DNA of 64,000 nucleotides from positions 124,001 to 188,000 of the forward strand of contig JASTWF010000351.1 in NCBI GenBank assembly GCA_030390025.1, given 5' to 3'. Source of the stretch: Squalus acanthias (taxonomy: Eukaryota). Below the pieces are notes generated by a model. That model worked only from the letters and a program-made list of their open reading frames with translations. It had not been told where the DNA came from and made no database searches. Shown piece after piece: positions 1-10,900 of this stretch (its first letter is position 1; each line of letters opens with the position of its first letter). Position numbers and translations under genes: made by a program.

Positions 1-2770
1 GCCCTGGGGATTTATCGGCCCTCAATCCCGTCAATTTCCCTAACACCATTTCCCTACAAATACTGATTTCTTTCAGTTCCTCCCTTTTATCAGACCCTAT
101 GTTCTCCAACATCTCTGGGAGGTTATTTGTGTCGTCCTTTGTGAAGACAGAACCAAAATATGCATTTAATTGGTCTGGTATTTCTTTGTTCTGCATTATA
201 ACTTCCCTCGCTTCTGACTGCAAGGGACCTACACTTGATTTCACTAATCTTTTTCTCTTCACATATCTATAAAAACTCTTACAGTCAGTTTTTATGTTCC
301 CTGCAAGCTTACTTTCATATTCTATTTTCCCCTTCTTAATTAATCCCTTTGTCCTCCTTTGTTGAATCCTAAACTGCTCCCAATCCTCAGGGTTACCGCT
401 TTTTCTGGCCAATTTATATGCCCTCTCCTTGGATCTTATGCTATCCCTAATTTCTCTTGTTAACCACGGTTGAGTCACCCTTTTTGTTTTATTCTTATGC
501 CACACTGGGATGAACAAATTCTGTAGTTCATCCATGCAGTCTTTGAATGTTTGCCATTGCCATTCCACCGTCAACCCTTTGAGTGACATTCCCCAATCAA
601 TCCTACCCAATTCGTGCCTCATACCATCGTAGTTTCCTTTATTTAAATTCAGGACCCTAGTCTCTGATTCAACTACTTCACTCTCCATCCTAATGAAGAA
701 TTCTATCATATTATGATCACTCTGACCCAAGGGGCCTCGTACAACAAGATTGCTAATTAATCCTTTCTCGTTACATAATACCCAGTCTAAGATGGCCTGA
801 TCTCTGGTTGGTTCCCGACATATTGTTCCAGAAAACCATCCCATAAACATTCTAGGAATTCCTCCTCCACAGTATTTTTACTAATTTGGTTAGCCCAATC
901 TATATGTAAATTAAAGTCACCCATGATGACTGCTGTGCCCTTACTGCATGCTTCTCTAATTTCCCTTTTAATGCTGTCCCCAACCCCCATATTACTGTTT
1001 GGAGGTCTATATACCACTCCCACTAACGTTTTCTGCCCCTTGTTATTTCTCAGTTCTACCCATACAGCTTCCGCATCATCAGAGTTACTATCCTTCCTTT
1101 TTATTGTGTTAATCCCCTCATTAACAAGCAATGCTACCCCACGTCCCTTTCTTTTTTGCCTATCTTTCCTAAATATTGAATACCCCTGGATGTTGAGTTC
1201 CCAGCCTTGGCCACCCTGGAGCCATGTTTCTGTAATCCCAATCAAATCGTATTCATTTACCTCTATTTGCACAGCTAATTCATCCACCTTGTTCCGAATG
1301 CTCCTTGCATTAAGACACAAAGCCTTCAGGCTTGTTTTTTTAACGCTCTCAGACCTATATGAATTATTATTTACTGTGACCATGTTTGATTTAAACCGTT
1401 GAGTTCTTTGCCTTCTACTTTTGTTTTTCTCCTTCCTGTCTTTTGCTTTTATCATTGTTTCCCTTTCCTCTGTCTCCCTGCTCAGGTTTCCAACCCCCTG
1501 CCACTTTAGTTTAAACCCTCCCCAACAGCACTAGCAAACACTCCCCCTAGGACATCGGTCCCGGCCCTGCCCAGGTGCAGACCGTCCCGTTTGTACTGGT
1601 CCCACCTCCCCCAGAACCGGTTCCAATGTCCAAGGAATTTGAATCCCTCCCCCTTGCACCATTCCTCTAGCCACATATTCATTTGAAATATCCTCCTATT
1701 TCTACTCTGACTAGCACGTGGCACTGGTAGCAATCCTGAGATTACTACCTTTGAGGTCCTATTTTTAAATTTACTTCCTAACTCCCTATATTCTGCTTTT
1801 AGGACCTCATCCCATTTTTTACCTGTATTGTTGGTGCCTATGTGCACCACAACTACTGGCTGTTCGCCCTCCCCCTCCAAAATGTTCAGTAGCCGCTCCG
1901 AGACCTTGATCCTTGCACCAGGGAGGCAACACACCATCCTGGAGTCTCATTTGCAGCCACAGAAACGCCTATCTATTGCCCTTACAATTGAGTCCCCTAT
2001 CACTATAGCTCTTCCACACTTTTTCCTCCCAGCCTGTGCAGCAGAGCCACCCATGGTGCCAGGAAGTTGGCTGCTGCTGCCTTCCCCTGATAAGTCATCC
2101 CTCCCAACAGTATCCAAAGTGGTATATCTGTTTGAGAGGGGGATGGCCACAGGGGACCCTTGCATAACCTGCCTGCACCTCTTACTCTGCCTGGTGGTCA
2201 CCCATTCACTTCCTGCCTGTACACCCTTTACCTGCGGTGTGACCAGCTCGCTAAACGTGCTATCCACGACATTCTCAGTGTCGCGAATGCTCCAATATGC
2301 ATCCATCCGCAGCTCCAGAGCCGCAATGCGGTCTATCAGTAGCTGCAGCTGGATACACTTCCCACACACATGGTCGTCAGGGACACAGGAAGTTTCCCTG
2401 ATTTCCCACATATAGCAGGAGGAGCATATCATGGGGCAGAGCTCTCCTGCCATGACTTAACCTTTAATTAATTAATTAAAATTAAATTAAATGAATCCCA
2501 CCAATTTCACTTCAATTAAATGATATACTCAAGGGCCCTTTCTTAACAGTAGTCCCCGGTACACAACAGAGACCCTAGAAACCGCAAAATTTTAAGTTTA
2601 GAAAAATTTAGAAGGAAAATACTCACCAACCAATCACTTACCTGCTTCTTGGTGACGTCACAGCTCGATTGTTTTTTGCTTCCCTCTCCCGGACCAGGAT
2701 TAGGGAAAATCCCCCGAGCTCACCTTTATACTGCCGCTCGCCACTCCTCGGACTGGCTCCGCTGCTCTGG
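1..2770 (-). mobile_element. CR1 LINE (family A), 5' half: 5'UTR, frameshifted ORF1 (Cys/His zinc finger plus SGNH esterase, 1506-2453) and ORF2 APE endonuclease; runs off the window start
   Basis: ORF1 motifs CSSC..C..HVCGKC, IVIGDSIVR, HIGTN, DGLHL; ORF2 motifs NARSI, GITETW, GVVYRPP, MGDFN. Colinear with the copy at 10901-16172. Confidence 0.92.
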
Positions 2771-2774
2771 CTCA

Positions 2775-5700
2775 TGGGTGGCTGAGTTGCACAGGGGGGA
2801 GGGAGAAGAGTGGAAGATCAATTGTCATAGTGGAGTTGAGAGTTAGGGGAGCAGACATGTTTTCCTGTGGGCGCTGACGTGTCTCCAGGATGGTATGCTG
2901 CCTCCCTGGTGCCAGGTTCAAGAATATCACTGAGCGGCTGCAGGACATTCTGAGGGGGGAGGGTGAACAGCCAGAGGTCGTGGTCCATATTGGTACCAAC
3001 AACAGAGGGATGAGGTCCTGCAGGCAGATATTAGGGAGCTAGGAAAGAGATTAAAAAGCTGCACCTCAAAGGTAGTAATCTCCGGATTACTACCGGTGCC
3101 ACGTTCTAGTGAGGACAGAAATAGGAGGATAGAGCAGATGAATGCGTGGCTGGAGAGATGGTGCTGGAGGGAGTGCTTTAGATTCCTGAGGCATTGGGAA
3201 CGTTTCTGGGAGGGAGTGGGACCTGTACAAGCTGGACGGGTTGCACCTCAACAGGACCGGGACCAATATCCTGGGGGGTGGGGGGGAGGGGTTGTTAGTA
3301 CTGGTGGAGAACGTTTAAACTGGCTTGGCAGGGGGATGGGAACCTAAGAGTAGATTCAGAAGGGAGAGAAGCAAAGCTGGAAATGGAAGGCAGGAAATTA
3401 GTATGCGTGTTTGGAAGGCAGAGGAAACAAAGGCTAGAAAATAGACAACAAGGGAGTTTGGCAGTGCTAAATGGTATATACTTCGACGCAAGGAGTCTAG
3501 GGAATAAAGCAGATGAGCTGAGGGCACAGATAGACACGTGGGTGTATGATATTATACCCATTACTGAGACATGGCTGAAAGAAGAGCAGGAATGGCAGCT
3601 CAACATTCCTGGTTACATAAAGGTAATCTGTGTGTGGAGGCGGAAGACATGGGTATGGTTCTCAATGAATACTTTGCATCTGTTTTCACAAAAGAGAGGG
3701 ACGATGCAGACATTGCAATCAGGGAGGAGGAATGTGAAATATTAGATGAAATAAGCATAGTGAAAGAGGAAATATTAAGGGGTTTAAAATCTTTGAAAGT
3801 GGATAAATCACCAGGCCCGGATAAAATGTATCCCAGACTGTTAAGAGAAGTAAGAGGAAATAGGAGAGGCTCTGACCATCATTTTCCAATCCTCTCTGGC
3901 TACAGGAGAGGTGCTGGAGGACTGCTAATATGGTACCGTTGTTTAAAAAGGGAGAAAGGGATAGACGGAGTAATTACAGGCCAGTCAGCCTAACCTCGGT
4001 GGTGGGAAAATTATTGGAAAAAATTCTGAGGGACAGGATAAATCTTCATTTAGAAAGACATGGATTAATCAGGAGTAGTCAGCGTGGATTTGTTAAGGGA
4101 AGGGCATGTCTGACTAACTTGATTGAATTTTTTGAGGAGGTAACAAGGAGGGTCGATGAGAGTAGTGCGTTTGATAGAAACATAGAAGATAAGAGCAGGA
4201 GTAGGCCATTCGGCCCCTCGAGCCGCGGCGCCATTTAATGAGATCATGGCTGATCATTCAAATTCAGTACCCTGTCCCTGCTTTCTCCCCATATCCCTTG
4301 ATCCTTTTAGCCTTAAGAAATATATCTAACTCCTTCTTGAATATATTTAATGAATTGGCCTCAACTGCCTTCTGTGGTAGAGAATTCCACAGGTTCACCA
4401 CTCTCTGGGTGAATAAATTCCTCCTCATCTCTGTCCTAAATGGCTTACCCCTTATCCTTAGACTGTGACCCCTGGTTCTGGAATCCGCCGCCATCGGGAA
4501 CATGCTGCCTGCATCTAGTCTGTCTAGTCCTGTTAGAATTTTATAAGTTTCAATGAGATCCCCTCTCATTCTTCTAAACTCCAGTGAATATAAGCCCAAT
4601 CGACCCAATCTCTCCTCATACGTCATTCTTGCCATCCCAGGTATCAGTCTGGTGAATCTTCGCTGCAATCTCTCCATGGCAAGAACATCCTTCCACATAA
4701 AAGGCGACCAAAACTGCACACAATACACAAGGTGTGGTCTATATGTAGTCTATATGGATTTTAGCAAGGCTTTTGATAAGGTCCCACATGGCAGACTGGT
4801 CATGAAAGTAAAAGCCCATGGGATCCAAGGCAAAGTGGCAAGTTGGATACAAAATTGGCTCAGAGGCAGGAAACAAAGTATAATGGTTGAAGGGTATTTT
4901 TGTGATTGGAAGGCTGTTTCCAGTGGGGTTCCACAGGTTTCAGTACTGGGTCCTAATTTTATTGTGGTATATATCAATGATTTAGACTTGAATGTGGGAA
5001 GTATGATTAAGAATTGGCCGTGTGGTTGATAATGAAGAAGAAAGCTGTAGACTGCAGGAAGATATCAATGGACTTGTCAGGTGGGCAGAACAGAGGCAAG
5101 TGGAATTCAATTCGGAGAAGTGTGGTGTAATGCATTTGGGGAGAGCTCACAAAATAAATGGTAGGATGCTGGAAAGTGCAGAGGATCAGAGGGTCCTTGG
5201 AGTGCATGTTGACAGATCCCTGAAGGTAGCAGGACAGGTAGATAAAATGGTTAAGAAGGCATACTGGATACTTTCCTTTATTAACCGAGGCATAGAATAT
5301 AAGAGCAGGGAAGTTATGCTTGAACTGTATAAAACATTAGTTAGGCCGCAGCTAGAATACTGCGTGCAGTTCTGGTCACCACATTACAGGAATGATGTGA
5401 TTGCACTTGAGAGGGTGCAGACGAGATTTACGAGGATGTTGCCTGGGCTGGGGAATGTTAGCTATGAGGAAAGGTTGAATAGGCTGGGGTTGTTTTCTTT
5501 CGAACAGAAGAGGCTGAGGGGAGATTTAATTGAGATGTATAAAATGATGAGGGGCCTAGATAGAGGGATAGGAAGGACCTATTTCCCTTAACAGAAGGGT
5601 CAATATGCAGGGGGTATAGATTTAAAGTAATTGGCCAGAGGTTTAGAGGGGATTTGAGGAGAATTTCTTTCACCCACAGGGTGATGGGGGACTGGAACTC

Positions 5701-5899
5701 ACTGCCTGAAAGGATGGTAGAGTCAGAGACCCTCACCACATTTAAAAAGTTCTTGGATATGCATTGAAGTGCCGTAACCTACAAGGCTATGGACCAAGTG
5801 CTGGAAAGTGGCATTAGGGTGGATAGCACTTTGTCATCCGGCACAGACAAGATGGGCTGAATGGCCTCACTGTGCTGTAAATTTCTAGGATTCGATGAT
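2775..5899 (+). mobile_element. Degenerate CR1 LINE (second family): ORF1 esterase remnant, ORF2 with an internal deletion near 3615, RT and 3' tail
   Basis: [42 protein letters not shown]; decayed tail ttctaggattcgatgatt near 5885. Confidence 0.88.
4174..4742 (-). mobile_element. 5'-truncated CR1 (family A 3' end) nested antisense within the 2775-5899 CR1
   Basis: ORF 4264..4728 is a CR1 RT C-terminus; tail atagaaacatagaa at 4174; the host reading frame (SAFD|VVYMDF) is interrupted here. Confidence 0.9.
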
Positions 5900-6301
5900 T
5901 ATACTCCAAGCGTCAGTCTGTAAATCTCTTCCTTGGGCAAGAGAACCTCACCTGACCTTCTGCCTGACCTGATGCTGCCTTTCTCACACCGTTTAATTTA
6001 ACACGTTTCTTACATGTCACTGCTGCTGTAACGACATTAGTTATTTTAGTAATACCTTCCCCTGGAGCATCCATAACCCTGCTTGTGACCTGAAATCTGC
6101 TCTTCTCCCTTTTTTGTGCTTCGTAATTAGCATTTTTACTATTGTTTCTGACTGAAAACTCATGTATTAGTTGAAAGTCCTTTTTAATCCTATGGGAGAT
6201 GCACATAGATGATGAACGTATTTTGTCAAGTTTAATTAATTGCATAAACAAGGTACCATAAATCAGTTCTGAGCTGCGAGTGGTATTAAAAGCACCTCGT
6301 T

Positions 6302-6373
6302 TGCGATGGCCGGGAATCGAACCCGTGTCAACTGCTTGGAAAGCAGCTATGCTCACCACTATACCACCATCGC
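6302..6373 (-). tRNA. tRNA-Gly (anticodon TCC)
   Basis: Minus strand reads GCGATGGTGGTATAGTGGTGAGCATAGCTGCTTTCCAAGCAGTTGACACGGGTTCGATTCCCGGCCATCGCA; cloverleaf with A and B boxes, one T-stem mismatch, TTTT terminator at 6288-6291. Confidence 0.9.
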
Positions 6374-6444
6374 TCACATGTGCTCAATTTATATTTAAGG
6401 ACTATTTACTTCTTTCGGCTCTTAAGCGGGACAAATAAGATACT

Positions 6445-6570
6445 TAGCAAAAGCAAAATACTGCGGATGCTGGAAATCTGAAATAGAAACAGAAAATGCT
6501 GGAAATACTCAGCAGGTCATGCAGCATCTGTGGAGAGAGAAGCAGATTTAATGTTTCAGGTCGATGACGA
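6445..6570 (-). mobile_element. Short Penelope-like terminal-repeat fragment, same family as 18109-18601
   Basis: agcaaaatactgcggatgctggaaatctgaaata...gtttcaggtcga is shared with 18111-18223. Confidence 0.7.
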
Positions 6571-6761
6571 AGACCCCATTTATTATTTGAAAGTTCTATA
6601 TAATTTAAAAAATAGTTATCGACAAAAATAAATTGAAAATGAAGTTTATGGGAGAAGCAAATGGATGATGAATGTGTTTTGTAAATTTTAGAGAAATGGC
6701 ATTTGCTGGAAGGCATTAAACTGCGACAGCGTGACCTAAACTGTGTCAACAGGAGCCTGGC

Positions 6762-6834
6762 AGCGATGCCGCGAATGGAACCCCAATCAACTCGCTAGGA
6801 ATTGTTGCTCAGCTCACCACTACACCACCATCGC
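6762..6834 (-). pseudogene. Degenerate tRNA-Gly copy
   Basis: Minus strand begins GCGATGGTGGTGTAGTGGTGAGC and ends CATCGC like the intact gene; anticodon arm and T-arm are decayed; flanks resemble those of 6302-6373. Confidence 0.7.
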
Positions 6835-7069
6835 TCTGATTTTAAAATGTAAGCCTCTGTATTTACAGATCGCTCGCTAAAGGTTTTTGGAGCTTTAGTC
6901 AGGACGAGTAAAACAATTTGCAATCATTTCAATCTGAACGTAAACAAGGTGTTCAGGTTATTTCGCTCCAATTTAAAATAGTTGCTGATGAATGGTTATC
7001 TTGTTGCACTACTGGCTAGCAGCCAGGAGATGGCACCAAACTCCAATAGTTTGGGAGTGTGCGGAATGT

Positions 7070-10000
7070 GCACACTGGATCACTGGGCCTGCTTCTGGGG
7101 AAGGTGGGACTTGTACAAGTCGGACGGTTTGCACCTGAACCAGAGCGGGACAAATATCCTTGCGGGAGGTTTGCTAGCACTGTTGGGGGGGGGGTTTAAA
7201 CTAACTTGGCAGGGGGATGGGATTCAGAGTGGAGCTACAATAGGGGGTGATGTACAGTCAAATATAGAGAAAAAAACAAGTCAGCTTGGAAGACAGGGCA
7301 AACATGTAAGAGCAAGGCTGGAAGGCATCTATTTTAATGCAAGGAGTCTAGCGAACAAGGTGGATGAACTGAAGGTGTTGATAAACACATGGGAGTATGA
7401 TATTGTTGCTATCACGGAGACATGGTTGAGGGAGGGGCAAGACTGGCAGCTCAATATTCCGGGGTACAGAATCTTCAGGCGAGACAGAGGGGGAGGTATA
7501 AGAGGAGGGGGTGTCGCAATATTAATTAAGGAATCAATTACTGCCATAAGGAGGGATGATATATTAGCAGGTTCCTCCAATGAGGCTATATGGGTGGAGC
7601 TTAAAAACAAAAAGGGGGCAAGCACTTTGCTGGGAGCGTACTATAGGCCCCCAAACAGTCAGGGGGAGATAGAGGAACAGATATGTAGGCAAATCTCAGA
7701 GAAATGTGCAAATAATAGGGTAATAATAATGGGGGATTTCAACTTCCCCAATATTAACTGGGATAGTCAGAGTGTGAAAGGCTTAGAGGGTTCAAAATTC
7801 TTAAAGTGCATCCAGGAGAGCTTTTTGAGCTAGCATGTAGAAAGTCCTACAAGAGAGGGGGCGGTACTGGACCTAATTCTAGGGAATGTGGCCGGCCAAG
7901 TAGAAGAAGTGCTAGTAGGTGAGCACTTTGGTGACAGTGACCATAATACGGTGAGATTTAAGGTGGTCATGGAAAAGGACAGGGATGGGCCGGAAATACA
8001 GGTTCTAAATTGGGGGAAGGCCGATTTTAATAGGATAAGGCAGGATCTGGCCAAAAGGGACTGGGATCAGCTGCTTGTAGGAAAATCCGCATCGGAGCAA
8101 TGGGATTCTTTCAGAAGGGAGATTGAGATCATACAATGGCAGCATGTTCCCGTAAAGGTCAAGGGTGGTTCCAAAAACCGCAGGGAACCTTGGATGTCAG
8201 GGGATATACGAGAATGGATCAGGAAAAAAAGGAGGGCTTTTGGCAGATACAAAATGCTAAAGACGGAGGAAGCACTAGAGGAGTACAAAAAGTGCAGGGG
8301 GATACTTAAAAAAGAAATTAGGAGATCAAAGAGGGGCCATGAAATAACACTGGCGAGCAAAATAAAGGAAAATCCTAAGATGTTTTATAAGTATATTAAG
8401 GGTAAGAGGATAACTAGGGAGAAAATAGGGCCCATTAGGGACAAAAGTGGCAATCTGTGTGTGGAGCCGGAAGATGTAGGTGGGGTTCTAAATGAATTTT
8501 TTGCATCTGTTTTCACTATGGAGAAGGACGAAGCAGACATAAAATTAGGGCAGGGGGACTGTGATATACTCGAACATTTTAACATCGAGAGGGAGGAGGT
8601 ATTGGCGGTTTTAGCAGGTCTAAAAATGGATAAATCCCCAGGTCCGGACGAAATGTATCCCAGGCTGCTGTGTGAGGCAAAGGAGGAGATTGCGGGGGCT
8701 CTAACACATATATTCAGAACCTCTTTGGCCACAGGGGATGTGCCAGAGGACTGGAGAACCGCTAATGTAGTACCATTATTCAAGAAAGGGAGTAGGGAAA
8801 AACCGGGGAACTACAGGCCAGTGAGCCTAACATCAGTGGTAGGAAAATTATTGGAAAAAATTCTGAGGGACAAAATCAGTCTCCACTTGGAGAGGCAAGG
8901 ATTAATCCGGGTTAGCCAACATGGCTTTGTCAAGGGAAGATCATGTCTGACTAATTTGATTGAATTTTTTGAGGGGGTGACTAGGTGTGTGGATGAGGGT
9001 AACGCAGTGGATGTGGTATACATGGATTTCAGTAAGGCCTTCGATAAAGTCCCGCACAGGAGACTGGTCAAGAAGGTAAGAGCCCATGGAATCCAGGGTG
9101 CCTTGGCACATTGGATACAAAACTGGCTCAGTGGCAGAAGGCAGAGGGTGATGGTCGAAGATTGTTTTTGTGACTGGAAGCCTGTGGCCAGTGGGGTACC
9201 ACAGGGATCGGTGCTGGGTCCCTTGCTGTTTGTGGTCTACATTAACGACTTGGATATGAATGTAAAAGGTATGATCAGTAAGTTCGCGGATGATACAAAA
9301 ATTGGTAGGGTGGTAAATAGCGAGGAAGGTAGCCTCAGTCTGCAGGACGATATAGATGGGTTGGTCAGATGGGCGGAACAGTGGCAAATGGAATTTAATC
9401 CGGAAAAGTGCGAGCTGATGCACTTTAGAGGGACTAACAAGGCAAGGGAATACACAATGAATGGTAAGACCCTAGGCAAGACGGAGGGTCAGAGGGATCT
9501 TGGTGTGCAAGTACACAGATCCCTGAAGGCGGCGGAACAGGTGGATAAGGTGGTAAAAAAGGCATATGGGATACTTGCCTTCATTAGCCGAGGCATAGAA
9601 TATAAGAGCAGGGATGTTATGATGGAGCTGTATAAAACACTGGTTAGGCCACATCTGGAATACTGTGTGCAGTTCTGGTCGCCACACTACAGGAAGGATG
9701 TGATCGCTTTGGAGAGGGTGCAGAGGAGATTCACCAGAATGTTACCCGGGCTGGAGTGCTTCAGCTATGAAGAGAGACTGGGCAGATTGGGTTTGTTTTC
9801 CTTGGAGCAGAGGAGGCTGAGGGGCGACATGATTGAGGTGTACATAATTATGAGGGGCATAGATAGGATGGATACTAAGGAGCTTTTTCCCTTAGTAGAG
9901 GGGTCTATAACAAGGGGGCATAGATTCAAGGTAAAGGGCGGGAGGTTTAGAAGGGACTTGAGACAGAACTTTTTCACCCAGAGGGTGGTTGGAGTCTGGA

Positions 10001-10210
10001 ACTCACTGCCTGAAAGGGTTGTGGAGGCAGGAACCCTCACAACATTCAAGAAGCATTTGGATGAGCACTTGAAATGCTATAGCATACAAGGCTACGGACC
10101 AAATGCTGGAATATGGGATTAGATTAGACAGGGCTTGATGGCCGGCGCAGACACGATGGGCCGAAGGGCCTCTATCCGTGCTGTATAACTCTATGACTCT
10201 ATGACTATGA
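7070..10210 (+). mobile_element. 5'-truncated CR1 LINE with nearly intact ORF2 (endonuclease plus RT; single in-frame TAG at 7831-7833)
   Basis: ORFs 6982..7833 and 7888..10122 lie in the same frame; [10 protein letters not shown] and FADD; tail ctatgactctatgactatga. Confidence 0.95.
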
Positions 10211-10356
10211 CATCCAGACCGCAGTGAGTCTGGAGCTGCCCGGGGAGCTGGCCAAGCACGCCGTGTCGGAAGGGACAATGCCGGTGGCCATTGCAAATAC
10301 ATTTCACAACGCACTGAAAAAGCATAAAACAAAAGCAGCGGCTCTTTTAAGAGGAA
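10211..10356 (+). pseudogene. H2B: H2B 3' fragment with damaged stem-loop
   Basis: Translates [22 protein letters not shown]; ggctcttttaagagga at about 10340 is a broken stem-loop. Confidence 0.85.
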
Positions 10357-10429
10357 ACCACAGCATTAATTTAGTCGAATTATTCATTCCGGCCATCGTC
10401 CTTTTATAGAATCACAGAACATTAATGTG

Positions 10430-10900
10430 AGCGCGGGTTATTGTCTGTAACTATCAGTTACTGATCTGTGAATGTGGGCTTTATTCTGTTCCTGTCTATT
10501 TCTGGTATGGAAGAGTTGGTAAAATGCAGTAGCTCTCAGTCTCAAGTATGTGAGTGTGGGTTTATTTTGTATCACGAGGTCTCTGGTGTATGAGTGCGGA
10601 TTTTCTCTGTATCGTTCAGACTCTGGGATGTGAGTGTGTGTTTTATTCTATAGCTGTCAGTCTCTGGGATGTGCGTGTGGTTTTTTTTATCCGTATATTA
10701 TATGTGGGCGTCGCTGGCAAGACCAGCATTTATTGCCCAACCCTAATTGCCCTTGAGAAGGTGGTGGTGAGCCGCCTTCTTGAACCGCTGCAATCCGTGT
10801 GGTGAAGGCACTCCCACAGTGCTGTTAGGGAGGGAGTATGTGAGTGTGGTTTTGTCCTGTATCTGTCAGTTTCTGGTATGTGAGTGTGGTTTTGTGGTGT
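10430..10900. repeat. Degenerate units of the 40-41-bp minisatellite (start of the array interrupted by CR1)
   Basis: Recurrent gtatgtgagtgtggttttgtcctgtatctgtcagtttctg. Confidence 0.75.
10701..10836 (-). mobile_element. 3' end fragment of a CR1/L2-group LINE
   Basis: Minus strand translates SLPNSTVGVPSPHGLQRFKKAAHHHLLKGN*, resembling a LINE ORF2 C-terminus, followed by AATAAA. Confidence 0.55.

Noticed and set aside
5913..6377. 154-aa ORF on the minus strand
   Set aside because: Overlaps the tRNA-Gly gene and has no recognisable motif.
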